Position numbers and translations under genes: made by a program
Assembly (NCBI GenBank): GCA_050950825.1
Contig: JBMNIH010000008.1
Span: forward strand, 1-64,000
Source: Clostridia bacterium
GTDB taxonomy: Bacteria > Bacillota > Clostridia > JAAYHZ01
DNA length: 64,000 nt
Direction of reading: 5' to 3'
Notes under the pieces: model-generated
Database searches by the model: none
What the model was told of the DNA's origin: nothing
The model's input: the letters and a program-made list of their open reading frames with translations, nothing else
Shown here: in pieces, positions 30,492-40,955 of the stretch
Numbering within the stretch: position 1 is the stretch's first letter
Layout: every line of letters starts with the position of its first letter

Positions 30492-30746
30492 CTATTTCAT
30501 TTTGTTTTTTGCATAATCAATTTTGAGAGTACGTCCGGCAAATACGTTTCCGTTTAATGCTTCCATAGCAGCGGCAGCATCTTCCGAATTGTCAAATTCG
30601 ATAAAACCGAAACCTTTCGAGCGACCGGAAAATTTGTCATTAATGACAACGGCGTCAACGACGTCGCCGTATTGGGAGAAAAGATTCCCAAGATCGTCAC
30701 TCGTAACCGAATACGCCAAATTACCAACGTATAATTTCTTTCCCAT
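30492..30746 (-). CDS. RRM RNA-binding protein
   Basis: RNP2 LYVGNL and RNP1 KGFGFIEF. Confidence 0.93.
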   Translation of the reverse strand: MGKKLYVGNLAYSVTSDDLGNLFSQYGDVVDAVVINDKFSGRSKGFGFIEFDNSEDAAAAMEALNGNVFAGRTLKIDYAKNKMK

Positions 30747-30994
30747 GTTTTAAAAGAGTCCTTTCGTTATTTTTTCAAATACTATGGGAAATCACGAAAT
30801 GCTTTAGAGGAATTGTTCACAACCACGATCATTCGATACCATGTAATGCGCTACTATTTCCTTCAATAACAAGATCTCACGATGCCAAGTATTTTGTTCA
30901 GGTACTATTGTATCATATTTTCGCTCAATGTAAAGAACTTTTTTTGCTTCCAAATTTTTTAGAAAGGATCTCCCGTAACAAAGGATACCTATCG

Positions 30995-31573
30995 TCAATC
31001 CGAATACATCCTTACTCTCTTTTTTATGGCATTGATGCCGTAGTACAAGACCAAGACTTGAACCGGATACAAAATGACACACTTGATAACGCGGGTTACC
31101 ACCAGCGCTTCATAGGGCATTTGCCAAAGAATCCGGAGCCATACGGACACCAAAACGAAATCCACGATAAGAACATTTGTCAAAACGCATAGCATCACGG
31201 TTTTCAGCTTGAAGGGCCGGTTATACAGAAACAATCCGTAGATAAACGCATACAATGCGGTGCTTACGGTGAACCCCGGGAAATAGGGGCCGCCGGTAGG
31301 AAAGGCCAGCATCCCCAATACATCGGCAATGGCCGCACTTACGGCTCCTACAATCGGCCCGAACAAAACGGAGGTCAACGCTATGGGTATAAACTCCAGG
31401 CTGATTCGTACGGTGAGCATTTGAATGGCCAGAAAACGTGTGAAAACAATCGTTAACGCAATTAAAAGAGCGGTTAGCGTTAGATTCGAAAACCGTTTGA
31501 AAAATGCCTTGTTTCCCCATCGTGATGCGGGACGATTGTCTTCTTCCTCGATCTTTCCTTTACGTTTTTGCAT
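30995..31573 (-). CDS. folT: Folate ECF transporter S component
   Basis: Six-TM S-component (ADVLG, GPYFPGFT), GAGGAGG RBS before ATG 31573, and a THF riboswitch upstream. Confidence 0.88.
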   Translation of the reverse strand: MQKRKGKIEEEDNRPASRWGNKAFFKRFSNLTLTALLIALTIVFTRFLAIQMLTVRISLEFIPIALTSVLFGPIVGAVSAAIADVLGMLAFPTGGPYFPGFTVSTALYAFIYGLFLYNRPFKLKTVMLCVLTNVLIVDFVLVSVWLRILWQMPYEALVVTRVIKCVILYPVQVLVLYYGINAIKKRVRMYSD

Positions 31574-31628
31574 AAAAAAATCCTCCTCATAATGGCACTT
31601 ACCACATAAAGAAGATACACTCATTTAC

Positions 31629-31735
31629 GTGGCAGCGGAATGCGAAAATGATATCGCAAACCGAAACCGGTTTTTCGTCCGACTGACAACTTCCCGTTCA
31701 GTCGGCACTTAACGCATCATTTCCTACTCTGCCAT
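31629..31735 (-). ncRNA. THF (tetrahydrofolate) riboswitch
   Basis: Minus strand reads GGCAGAGTAGG...GCGTTAAGTGCCGACTGAACGGGAAGTTGTCAGTCGGACGAAAA...CGCATTCCGCTGCC. This has the hallmark THF-aptamer sequences and closing stem, directly 5' of folT. Confidence 0.9.
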
Positions 31736-31814
31736 CAGATATTTTTCACTCATTCTACAATACGCAATCGGTTTTGTCTATATATCCGCCAATTTTTTTG
31801 CTATAATCTTCTTC

Positions 31815-32441
31815 ATGAAACAGATTGAAAACGAATTGAAAATATTGATAACGGAAAACACATATCGACATTTGGCAAAATTGGCAAATGACAAAGGCGG
31901 TAAAACGGTTGTGCAAACCAATTACTACTTTGACACGGCCGATTTTTTCATGTACCGCCATAAGAAAGCGCTTCGGATACGAGAAAAAAATCAAAAATAC
32001 GTTTTAACGTTAAAAGCGGGAAGAAGAAAGGACGGTTCCTACCAAACCTCCGACGAATACAACTACTCCTTAACGGAAGACCAAGCGAAAGACGTCCTAT
32101 CGGGAAGACTGCCCCTTCTTTCCTGTTTTCCGGATTCTACGGCAAAAGAGTTTCTCCCGAAAGATAATGCGTTGATATATAGGGGATACATGACAACAAA
32201 AAGAACCCTTTTTGCTCCCGTCCCGAATTTGCGTCCCTTGGAGATCGATCAAAACGACTATTTGGGTTTTCGCGATTATGAATTGGAATGGGAATTTGAA
32301 AAAGAGGAGGATCGTTTTTTTATCCTTCCGCTGCTAAAAGATTTCGGCATCGATCCTTTGTTCTTACCGTCCCGTTCGAAATTCGGCCGATTCATGGAAC
32401 GGTTGATTGCCCAAAAAGAACAAACATTACCCCGGGGATAA
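31815..32441 (+). CDS. CYTH-domain (triphosphate tunnel) protein, YjbK-like
   Basis: ENELK (ExExK), QTNYYFDT, LRIR, DYELEWE and SKFGRF motifs. Confidence 0.88.
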   Translation: MKQIENELKILITENTYRHLAKLANDKGGKTVVQTNYYFDTADFFMYRHKKALRIREKNQKYVLTLKAGRRKDGSYQTSDEYNYSLTEDQAKDVLSGRLPLLSCFPDSTAKEFLPKDNALIYRGYMTTKRTLFAPVPNLRPLEIDQNDYLGFRDYELEWEFEKEEDRFFILPLLKDFGIDPLFLPSRSKFGRFMERLIAQKEQTLPRG

Positions 32442-32557
32442 CCGAAACAAGTTTTCCACGAAAAAAGAAACGGGATAACCCCGAAGACGTCTTGTTTCCA
32501 CAAAGTTATCCACTTTATCCACAATGTTTTTCCCCGATTTGTGGATAATATTCCACC
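32433..32557. promoter_or_regulatory. DnaA-box cluster
   Basis: Perfect TTATCCACA (32515-23) and TGTGGATAA (32540-48). Near-matches TTATCCACT (32506), GTTTCCACA (32494), TTTTCCACG (32452) and others. Confidence 0.75.
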
Positions 32558-32577
32558 CGAACAAATAAACGGTGCAT

Positions 32578-32618
32578 AAAAAAACCGGAAATTCATGTCT
32601 TCTTTCATGAATTCCGGT
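32578..32618. terminator. Terminator hairpin between convergent CYTH and GDPD genes
   Basis: ACCGGAAATTCATG / CATGAATTCCGGT stem with an A-tract (U-tract on the minus strand). Confidence 0.7.
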
Positions 32619-32641
32619 ATGATCAAACGTTAATTCGCTTT

Positions 32642-33367
32642 TTATAATGAGTCCGCCGTTTTTCTTGCCGTATCCGGCACGTTGGTGATGATGCCGTCCG
32701 TACCGATCTCAATAAATCTTTTTATATCCGAAGGATCGTCGATGGTCCAAACATTAACGAACATACGGTTCTTATGACATTCCTTGACAAGCTCCTCGTT
32801 GACCGTATATCCGTGAGGATGGAGCCCGTCGGCACCGAAGCTCTTCCCGTAGTCCCAAGGGCGGAAAAGACCGCAGCTGTACAAGGGGGCCGTAGCCAAT
32901 TCGGGACAAAGCTCCTTCACTTTATACAAGCCGTTGTGATTGAAGGAGGATATGATAATTTGGTCCGTTAAGCCGTATTCCTTAATCAGGGCGACGGTTT
33001 TTTCCTCGATGTCTTCGGTAAGGGAGCTGTACTTGATCTCGATATTTAAAAGAAGACCGGTTTCTTTTACAAAAGCCAGCACCTCTTTCAACAAAGGAAT
33101 CTTCACCGATTTGTACTTGTCGGAGAATTTGAATGAAAAATCATACGCCAATAGCTCTTCGTAGGTCATTTGGGCGACGGCGCCTTTTCCGTTTGATGTA
33201 CGGTCAATAACGTGGTCGTGTATAACCACGACTTGTCCGTCTTTTGTCAGGTGGACATCGATTTCCAATCCGTCGGCGCTCATATCATAGGCCAATCGAA
33301 AGGCTTCCATGGTATTTTCCGGAGCGTAGGCGGACGCTCCTCTGTGTGCAAAGATTTTCGTACTCAT
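32642..33367 (-). CDS. Glycerophosphodiester phosphodiesterase
   Basis: AHRGAS, PENT, EIDVH, IHD, NIEIK and GIITN motifs. Confidence 0.92.
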   Translation of the reverse strand: MSTKIFAHRGASAYAPENTMEAFRLAYDMSADGLEIDVHLTKDGQVVVIHDHVIDRTSNGKGAVAQMTYEELLAYDFSFKFSDKYKSVKIPLLKEVLAFVKETGLLLNIEIKYSSLTEDIEEKTVALIKEYGLTDQIIISSFNHNGLYKVKELCPELATAPLYSCGLFRPWDYGKSFGADGLHPHGYTVNEELVKECHKNRMFVNVWTIDDPSDIKRFIEIGTDGIITNVPDTARKTADSL

Positions 33368-33397
33368 AAAAGGTTCGCTCCTTTCCTAATTTTCAGA

Positions 33398-34675
33398 CTA
33401 CAGCTTCGGAATATCCGTGACTCGTTTTTCTTCCATCGCCGTATCGGCTCGAAATCCGATTAAGTGTCCGTACATGGAATCCTCTAAAGCGGTGCTTGAT
33501 ATGGAAGGCTGCTCTCCGGATATGACCCGAACAAAGTCCTCCGTCAAGCCTATATCGCCTCCTCCGTGGCCGTCCATGGACACGTTCAAATCGATGACCT
33601 GCTCCGTATATTCCTGCTTTAAGTCCGGCTTCCTTACGACCAATACGCTGTCGTTGATATTCCCCTCGATCTCTCCCTTGGTTCCGATAATCTGTACGGT
33701 TCTGCAAGGCTTGGAGGCCGGGGTGGATAAGGTATGGGTCGCGACGACGCCGTTTTCAAATTCGATGATTACCGTTTGCCGGTCGACCACGTTGTTGTCA
33801 CAGTGCCATACGCACCGTCCGAAAGGATTGTCCTTCTTTAAGGATTCGATCTTCATCTCCTCCGTTAAGCTCTCGCCGTAATGCTCGATGGATTCCCAAG
33901 CATAAGCTCTCCACAATCCTTTTTCGATGTAGTTGTTGTAGGCCGAATACGGGCATTCTCTTTCAATCCTGCAGTCCACCAAGCACCTTGTGCCCGAGCC
34001 CTCCGGGGCGTTTTCCGGCTTGAAATAACCCAAGGATCCGAAGCTTGCCACACGAACCGGTGCAATGCCGCTCATAAACCACGTAATCAAATCCAAATCG
34101 TGGCTGCATTTGGCCATGAGAATGGGGGATCCGCACAGATCCTTGTTACGCCAACGGCCTCGAATATAGGCGGTGGCCATATGATGGTAGCTGACCTTTT
34201 CTTCGGTTCGGATGGAAACGATATCCCCGATTTCTCCTTCCAGCAGTAATTTTTTGACGGCCACATAAAAGGGTGCATACCTTAAAACGTGGCACACCAT
34301 GACCCTGCAGTTGTTTTTCTTCGCCGCTTTATACAGAAGATGCAAATCTTCCTCGTTGGTGCATATGGGCTTTTCCAACAGCACATCCCATCCTCTTTCC
34401 AAAAGAGGCAATGTTGTCGCCACATGCAATTGGTCCATGGTTCCGTTCACGACGGCATCCAGCTCGATATCGCTTTTCGCCATCTCTTCCGCGTCATGAA
34501 AAACATTTTCCGAAGGGATGCCGAACTCTTTTACGACTTGGTTTCTTCGAAACTCGTTAGGTTCGGCGATAGCCCATATCTTTACTTTATCGGGCTGCTT
34601 TGCTGCATAGCGAATGTATAGTATGCCTCTGTGTCCTGCACCTACAAGCCCGATCTTCAAAGGTTTGTCGCTCAT
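33398..34675 (-). CDS. Gfo/Idh/MocA oxidoreductase
   Basis: GAGHRG, LEKP, CHVLRY, KCSHDLD and GHGGGD motifs. Confidence 0.9.
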   Translation of the reverse strand: MSDKPLKIGLVGAGHRGILYIRYAAKQPDKVKIWAIAEPNEFRRNQVVKEFGIPSENVFHDAEEMAKSDIELDAVVNGTMDQLHVATTLPLLERGWDVLLEKPICTNEEDLHLLYKAAKKNNCRVMVCHVLRYAPFYVAVKKLLLEGEIGDIVSIRTEEKVSYHHMATAYIRGRWRNKDLCGSPILMAKCSHDLDLITWFMSGIAPVRVASFGSLGYFKPENAPEGSGTRCLVDCRIERECPYSAYNNYIEKGLWRAYAWESIEHYGESLTEEMKIESLKKDNPFGRCVWHCDNNVVDRQTVIIEFENGVVATHTLSTPASKPCRTVQIIGTKGEIEGNINDSVLVVRKPDLKQEYTEQVIDLNVSMDGHGGGDIGLTEDFVRVISGEQPSISSTALEDSMYGHLIGFRADTAMEEKRVTDIPKL

Positions 34676-34707
34676 AATATCCTCCGCTTGGCTCTATATA
34701 TTTTCCC

Positions 34708-35721
34708 TAATACTCCAATTTCGGTATTCGGGCGATGATCTCATCGTTTAAGGAACGATCCGCATGAAATCCTTTCGATATATTCTTCTTTAAGGTCCGG
34801 TTTTCGTAAAACCAAGTACCCGTCGTTCATGTTGCCTTCGATTTCCCCCTTTGTTCCGACGATACGGAGCGTACGGCAGGGCTTTGATGCGGGACTTGAA
34901 AATACCAAATTGGCAACAACGCCGTTTTCAAATTCCACCAAAACCGTATGCCGATCCGCTACGTTGTTGTCGCAATGCCATACGCATCGTCCGTATGGAT
35001 TATCCTTTTTCAAGGACTCTGTCTTAATCTCTTCCGTCAAATTTGCACCGTAGTGCTCCACCGGTTCCCGGGCATAAGGCCCCCATAAGCCTTTTTCCAT
35101 GTAGTTGTTGTAGGCGGAATAAAAGCATTCTTTTTCGATCTTGCAATCCGAAAGGCATCTTGTACCCGCTCCTTCCGGTGCATTTTCCTTTATAAAATGG
35201 GACAAGGATCCGAAGCTTGCCGTTTTAACAGGCCGTACGCCGCTCATAAACCACCGCATTGATCGTAACAATTTCCCCGATTCTCCCGTCTATCAACAGC
35301 TTTTTAACGGCCACATAAAAGGGAGTAGACCGCAAGACATGGCATACCATGACTTTGCAATTGTTCTTCTTGGCGGCACGGTACAAAAGAAATAGTTACT
35401 CTTCCTTTGCGCATATGGGCTTTTCCAACAGCACATGCCAACCTCTTTCCGGAAGAGGCAGGGTAGTTTCCACATGAATTGATCCGTGGTCCCGTTTATG
35501 ACCGCATCCAATTCGATATCGCTTTCGGCCGGCTTTTTTGCGTTGCAAAATACGTTTTCACAAGGAATGTCGAATTCTTTCGTCGTTTGGTTTCTCCGAT
35601 ACTCGTTAGGGTCCGCTATCGCCGATAATCAGACCTTGTCCTTATGTCTTGCCGCATAGCGGGTATACAGGACGCCGCGATGTCCCGCTCCGATCGGCCC
35701 TATTTTCACAATGTCGCTCAT
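34708..35721 (-). pseudogene. Degraded tandem duplicate of the 33398-34675 oxidoreductase
   Basis: MSDIVKIGPIGAGHRGVLY...KDKV then TGA at codon 31, followed by frameshifts. The KCxHDxD and GHGGGD segments are deleted. The C-terminal IPKL remnant is retained. Confidence 0.85.
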
Positions 35722-35742
35722 GCATACCTCCGAAAGATATGG

Positions 35743-37155
35743 TCAGTCGCCCATATCCAAGCCGAAAAAGCTTTTGGCGTTGTCGTAGCAAATGCCTTTA
35801 ATAATTTTCGCAAGCATTTCTTCGTCCATGGGATATTCTCCGGCTTCCACCCATTCGCCGATGAGATTGCATAAAACTCGGCGGAAATATTCATGCCGTG
35901 CATAGGAGAGAAAGCTTCTCGAATCGGTCAGCATGCCTAAAAAATTGCTTAACAGGCCTACGTTGGCAAGGGTCTTCATTTGGTTTTCAATCCCGTCCCT
36001 TTGGTCGTTGTACCACCAAGCGGCGCCGTATTGGACTTTACCGAGGATCCCTTCTCCCGGGAAATTGCCGGCCATGGTGGCAAACATATAGTTGTCTTTG
36101 GGATTCAGATTGTACAAAATGGTTTTCGGCAAAGAGCCTGTCGAATCCAATTTATCGAAAAATTTCGCCATATTCAAAGCCATGGATTTATCCGACATGG
36201 AATCAAAGCCCATATCGGGACCAAAGGTTCGATACACGCGGGAGTTTAAGTTTCTTATGACTCCCAAATGCAGCTGCATGGTCCAGCCTCTTTGGGCGTA
36301 TAATTTGCCGTAGAAGGTCAGCATGAAGAATTTATATGCGTCCGCTTCTTCTTTGGTAACGGGAGATCCGGATACCGCTTTTTCAAAGACCGTCTTTGCC
36401 GTTTCAAAGCAGGAGTCGGTATAGGGGATGTACTCCATGGAGCAGTCGGCAATTCGGCATCCCGCTTCGTGGAAATAGTCTACGCGGGATTCCAAGGTTT
36501 CCAAAAAGTCGTAAAACATTTGAACCTTTCTTCGTCTCATGTTTTGAAGCTTTTCAAACCAAGGCAAAAATGCCGGTTGGTCGATCAATACGCTTGCTTC
36601 CGGTCGAAACGTGGGATACACCTTCGTTTCGAAATCCCCTTCCTCCCGAAGCATTTTGTGGTATCTTAAATCGTCCACCGGATCGTCGGTGGTGCATATG
36701 AGCACAACGTTGGATTTTCGAATTAATCCCCGAGCGGAAAATTCCTTCTCCTGCAGCGCTTTATTGGCCTTTTCCCAAATGGCATCGGCGTTTTTCGGAT
36801 TTAAAACCATGTCGATACCGAAAAACCGCTTCAGCTCCAAATGGGTCCAGTGGTACAAGGGGTTCCCGATCATCTTCGGCACGGTTTCCGCCCATGCCAA
36901 AAATTTCTCGTAGTCTCCCCCGTCTCCGGTCACGTATTTTTCCGGGATACCGTTGCTCCGTAAAAGCCTCCATTTGTAGTGATCTCCGTAAAGCCATGCC
37001 TCCGTAATGTTTTTAAAACGCTTGTCCGTATAGATTTCTTCAGGACTCAAATGGCAATGGTAATCGTATATAGGCATATTTTTGGCATAGGTATCGTACA
37101 GCCATTGCCCGGTTTTGTTGTTTATTAAAAAGTCTTCTCCCAAAAATTCTTTCAT
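35743..37155 (-). CDS. uxaC: Glucuronate/galacturonate isomerase
   Basis: DYHCHL, GDHYKWR, GNPLYHWTHLEL, TTDDP and LTDSRSFLSYARHEYFRR motifs. Confidence 0.97.
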   Translation of the reverse strand: MKEFLGEDFLINNKTGQWLYDTYAKNMPIYDYHCHLSPEEIYTDKRFKNITEAWLYGDHYKWRLLRSNGIPEKYVTGDGGDYEKFLAWAETVPKMIGNPLYHWTHLELKRFFGIDMVLNPKNADAIWEKANKALQEKEFSARGLIRKSNVVLICTTDDPVDDLRYHKMLREEGDFETKVYPTFRPEASVLIDQPAFLPWFEKLQNMRRRKVQMFYDFLETLESRVDYFHEAGCRIADCSMEYIPYTDSCFETAKTVFEKAVSGSPVTKEEADAYKFFMLTFYGKLYAQRGWTMQLHLGVIRNLNSRVYRTFGPDMGFDSMSDKSMALNMAKFFDKLDSTGSLPKTILYNLNPKDNYMFATMAGNFPGEGILGKVQYGAAWWYNDQRDGIENQMKTLANVGLLSNFLGMLTDSRSFLSYARHEYFRRVLCNLIGEWVEAGEYPMDEEMLAKIIKGICYDNAKSFFGLDMGD

Positions 37156-37191
37156 TTTTTCCTTTCTCCCTCTTCCCAATCGTTGTAATTG

Positions 37192-38148
37192 TTATCGGAG
37201 TTCGTCAAGCTCGATTTCTTTTCCCTGTTGTTCTTTGCTTAAAATACCGGCGATGATAATCTTCATCAGCTCTTGCGTTTCTTCGTAAGGGAAAGGCCTT
37301 GTACCCGTTCGTAAATATTCCACAAAGGCTTCCAGCTGCTTTTTAAAGGAGTAAAAAGTATCACCGGATTTCACGTGGACCGACGATGCGGTTCCCGCTA
37401 AGAAAAGATCGCCGAAGCTTCCGTACATGTCTTCGATTTGAGGAATTTGAACAATCGCACCGCTTTTATGCTTGATAACAACCAAATTGCTCTTTCCTTC
37501 TCCCGTATTCCTTACCGATAGAAAGCCCGGTCCCAAAACGGGATACACCGCTTCCGCGGCATGGATTCCGTAGCGTTCCCAGGACTTGGCCATAGGCTTT
37601 ATGACAAGCCTTAACTCCCCTAGCTCCGCCGTAGATTCTCGGTAAGGCCCGTATTCTTTCGTGTACCGCATACAGCTTGATGACATAATGGGCTTGCCTT
37701 CTTCCACCCATTTGTCGAATGTTTTTAGGTCCTTTAAATTGTCCGTTAAAGGCTTATCGACGAATACCGGTATCCCGGCCTCAACAAAGGGCTTGCACCG
37801 ATCCACATGCTCGTACCCGATATCGGTGGTAATGCAAACCGCGTCCACCTTGCCGATGACGTCCTCCGGGTATTTCACCGTATGAGGTATCAAAGAAGCC
37901 TTGGCCACCGCTTCCGCATCCTTCGGATCGTCCGTCCATATATGGGTCACCCTGCAGCCCGGTATTCCGAAGTTTTTTGGCGGCTGCAGTCCCAAGTACT
38001 GAGGAATAACCGGAAAAGGACACTTCTTCATTTCGTCTTTATCATATCCGTTTATGATCGCCGACCAAGAATAGGGGTGGCCGTTACCGTCCACCATCCC
38101 GAGCATGGCGATGGATATTTCCGTTTTGTTCACAAGAGGCTTGCTCAT
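37192..38148 (-). CDS. Gfo/Idh/MocA-like oxidoreductase (atypical N-terminus)
   Basis: FVDKPL, SSSCMRY and WERYGIHA. GNGHPYSW replaces GxGxxG. Confidence 0.75.
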   Translation of the reverse strand: MSKPLVNKTEISIAMLGMVDGNGHPYSWSAIINGYDKDEMKKCPFPVIPQYLGLQPPKNFGIPGCRVTHIWTDDPKDAEAVAKASLIPHTVKYPEDVIGKVDAVCITTDIGYEHVDRCKPFVEAGIPVFVDKPLTDNLKDLKTFDKWVEEGKPIMSSSCMRYTKEYGPYRESTAELGELRLVIKPMAKSWERYGIHAAEAVYPVLGPGFLSVRNTGEGKSNLVVIKHKSGAIVQIPQIEDMYGSFGDLFLAGTASSVHVKSGDTFYSFKKQLEAFVEYLRTGTRPFPYEETQELMKIIIAGILSKEQQGKEIELDELR

Positions 38149-38176
38149 GACGATCCTCCTTTACTGCATCCGTTAC

Positions 38177-40168
38177 TTAGAATATTTTATTCTCCAAAAA
38201 TTTGTTCCATACGGTTTCAAACCAAGTATCCCTGTCGGGAATCGGCCGCGTATTTTCGTAGGTCACGGTACATGAAACATTTTTTTCGTCGTAAGATACG
38301 ATTTGTACCTTGCTTTTGGTCGTATCCGTATCAATCGTAATACCCTCGATAACCTCTTCGGTGATGTCATCAAAAAACTCGTCCAAAATTAAGTAGGATC
38401 CTCTGCTTTTACCTCCTTTTCGTATATAGTCCAAAATGGCGCTTAAATATACGTAGGCGGTGATGAACAGGTCTTTGTTTTTCAATGCGGGGCCCAGTTC
38501 CTTTGAATCCTTGATCTTCATGATTTCGGTAAAGCGAAGGATTCGGTCTTTTAAATGCTCCAACGCACTTTTAATTTCCCCGGGATTTCGGATATGTCCG
38601 CCGGTTTTGGACATAATCCTTTTTACCGCATCCAATTCCTCCTCGATATTGGATACCTCGCTTTTAGCGGAAAGCAAGCTTCCGGCGGTTTTTACGATCC
38701 TTTGTATTTGTTTTTCACCTAATATCAAGAACCGGCGGTTGTCCCTCGGAGGGTTGTTGTATTTTGCGGCAATGTATTCCGCCGCACGCAGAGACGATAC
38801 TTGGGTGTTGTTTAACGCGGAGCCTCCGGGCCGATAGATGCCGAAGGTCCCGGCGCATTCTCCTACGGGGAAAAAGTGCTTAATATTGCTTTCCCAGCGA
38901 TTGTTTGCAAAAAGGCCTCCGTTGTTGTGCTGGGCGCATACGGATATTTCCAACCAATCTTTTTTAAGATCAAATCCGTGAGACAGATACAGCTCGTAGG
39001 CCGGCTTATTCATTTTGATTAAACGCTCGATTGGCGTTCCGAACAATATATCGCAGTTGGCCATATAGGTGTAGGCTTCTTCTTCCAACAAAGAAAAATC
39101 GAAAGCCCCGTCCTTCAAAGAGCAAAGAGGATTTTTCGTATAGTCCAAAAATACCCTTCTTCCCTTGTTGTAGATCTCGTTGTACACCAAAAGATCGATA
39201 AAAGAAGACTTTTGGCCTTTGATCTTTCTCGGGTCAAAGGGCCATTGGTATCCTTTTAAAAAGACGGCGGTCAAAAGCTTTCCGGGAGAATCGAAATAGG
39301 GGGTTAAAAACTCCGTCGGATCGTTTCCCTCCCGATCCGTGGATACGTATCGAGGAATGACTTGTTGGTAGCTGCCGGACAGATTCCATCTGAATTTAAC
39401 GGAAGCGATGCCGTATTGGGACTCGATTACGTTCATTCCCCTGACACCGGCCTCGAAGGCAATGCCGTTAGAACCGACTTGGCTTTCGGGGTACACCGAA
39501 TCCCTGTACATCCCGGCCGGTCCCCCGGTAGCAAAGATCACATTGGTACAGTTAAACAAGACCAATTGCTCCGAAATCCCTTCCGAAACGGTAAGGTCCA
39601 CTCCGACCAAGCCGATACATTCTTTTTCTTCCTCGCCGGTCGTGATGATCCCCGTAATCAATACGTTGTCGATCACCGGTATGTTTTTCAACCGAACGGA
39701 CCTTTCCAAAGCCTCCGTCATATATCTTGAGGTAAGAGGACCTGCCGATGTAGCGCGGGCCTTCGGATCGTGGTCCGTTTTGTAGCCTACGTACTCCCCG
39801 TATTCGTTATGAGGAAAAGGGACACCCAAATCGATAAGCTTGGAAAAGCATCGGAAAGAACAGGCGGCCTCCGTCAGTGCGATATCTCCGTGCATGGCAC
39901 CGCCTTTTACAAGATCCTTCGCCATTTCCACGGGAGAATCCGGAACATCTCCTCCCGTAGAAATTTTGTAATACGTTTGTTTGTCCGATCCCGTGTTTCT
40001 GGAGGTCCCTCGGTTCATCCCTTCCGTTACGATGGCAATGTCTCGAACGCCCAAGTCGTACAAGCAGTCGGCGGCGTTTAACCCCGCCGCTCCGGAGCCT
40101 ACCACCACCGTATTCAATCGATAAACCTTAAACTCATTAGGACCTACGATCAGCTTATCGGGCTTCAT
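38177..40168 (-). CDS. FAD-binding protein, succinate dehydrogenase/fumarate reductase flavoprotein-like
   Basis: VVGSGAAG, FATGG, QHNNGG, GECAG and RPGGSAL motifs. Confidence 0.8.
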   Translation of the reverse strand: MKPDKLIVGPNEFKVYRLNTVVVGSGAAGLNAADCLYDLGVRDIAIVTEGMNRGTSRNTGSDKQTYYKISTGGDVPDSPVEMAKDLVKGGAMHGDIALTEAACSFRCFSKLIDLGVPFPHNEYGEYVGYKTDHDPKARATSAGPLTSRYMTEALERSVRLKNIPVIDNVLITGIITTGEEEKECIGLVGVDLTVSEGISEQLVLFNCTNVIFATGGPAGMYRDSVYPESQVGSNGIAFEAGVRGMNVIESQYGIASVKFRWNLSGSYQQVIPRYVSTDREGNDPTEFLTPYFDSPGKLLTAVFLKGYQWPFDPRKIKGQKSSFIDLLVYNEIYNKGRRVFLDYTKNPLCSLKDGAFDFSLLEEEAYTYMANCDILFGTPIERLIKMNKPAYELYLSHGFDLKKDWLEISVCAQHNNGGLFANNRWESNIKHFFPVGECAGTFGIYRPGGSALNNTQVSSLRAAEYIAAKYNNPPRDNRRFLILGEKQIQRIVKTAGSLLSAKSEVSNIEEELDAVKRIMSKTGGHIRNPGEIKSALEHLKDRILRFTEIMKIKDSKELGPALKNKDLFITAYVYLSAILDYIRKGGKSRGSYLILDEFFDDITEEVIEGITIDTDTTKSKVQIVSYDEKNVSCTVTYENTRPIPDRDTWFETVWNKFLENKIF

Positions 40169-40184
40169 GAAAAATCACCTGCTT

Positions 40185-40955
40185 CTAAAGCCGACGGATA
40201 TGGAAACCGCCGTCCACGTTAATGACTTGTCCGGTCACAAACCCCAGCTTTCCGGATGCGATCACTAAGACCGCATCGGCAATATCTTCGGGGGTACCCC
40301 AGCGTTTAATGGGAGTGATGCCTTCGGCGATCAGTTTATCGTATTTTTCCTTTACTTTCGAAGTCATGTCGGTTTGTATGATCCCCGGCCGAATTTCGTA
40401 TACGTTGATTCCGTATTCCGCCAAGCGATCGGCAAAAAGCAGCGTCACCATGGACAAGCCGGCCTTGGAAATACAATATTCTCCCCGGTTTACCGATGAA
40501 GCGTAGGCTGAAACCGAAGAGATGTTAACGATTTGGGGACGATATTCCGGCAATTTTCCGACCGCTTCGATCATGCTTTTGGCGCAAATTTGGGTCATGA
40601 AAAAGGCGGCCTTTAAATTGATCTCCATCACCGTATCAAAGCTTTCTTCCGTGGTTTCCAAAATATCCAATCGGACGGGAGGCGCAATGCCCGCGTTGTT
40701 GACCAAAAGATCCAATCTGCCGAACCTGTGTAAGGTTTCATTAAGAAGCCTTTCCCTTATCAAAGGGTCCGTTATGCTGCCCCTTACATACAAAAAGTCT
40801 TCTTGGTATTGCCGTATCCGGTCCAGCCCCTCCTTGACCTTCTCTTCAGGGCTGCTGCCGATCCCGGCTACCGCATAGCCTTCTTTTGCCAATGCACTCG
40901 CAATGGCATTTCCGATTCCTCTTGTACATCCCGTAACGATCGCCGTTTTTCTCAT
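40185..40955 (-). CDS. Short-chain dehydrogenase/reductase
   Basis: TGCTRGIG, NNAG, YCISK and VDGG motifs. Confidence 0.92.
   Translation of the reverse strand: MRKTAIVTGCTRGIGNAIASALAKEGYAVAGIGSSPEEKVKEGLDRIRQYQEDFLYVRGSITDPLIRERLLNETLHRFGRLDLLVNNAGIAPPVRLDILETTEESFDTVMEINLKAAFFMTQICAKSMIEAVGKLPEYRPQIVNISSVSAYASSVNRGEYCISKAGLSMVTLLFADRLAEYGINVYEIRPGIIQTDMTSKVKEKYDKLIAEGITPIKRWGTPEDIADAVLVIASGKLGFVTGQVINVDGGFHIRRL

Noticed and set aside
30747-30905. Structured leader (thermosensor-like) upstream of the RRM gene
   Set aside because: The leader is long, but I could not identify a convincing fold or known motif.
32433-32620. oriC
   Set aside because: No dnaA/dnaN, no clear unwinding element, and no switch in gene orientation. 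Kept only as a DnaA-box cluster.
32276-32626. 116-aa minus-strand ORF (LWIKWITLWK)
   Set aside because: It is a translation of the DnaA boxes and terminator, and overlaps the CYTH gene in antisense.
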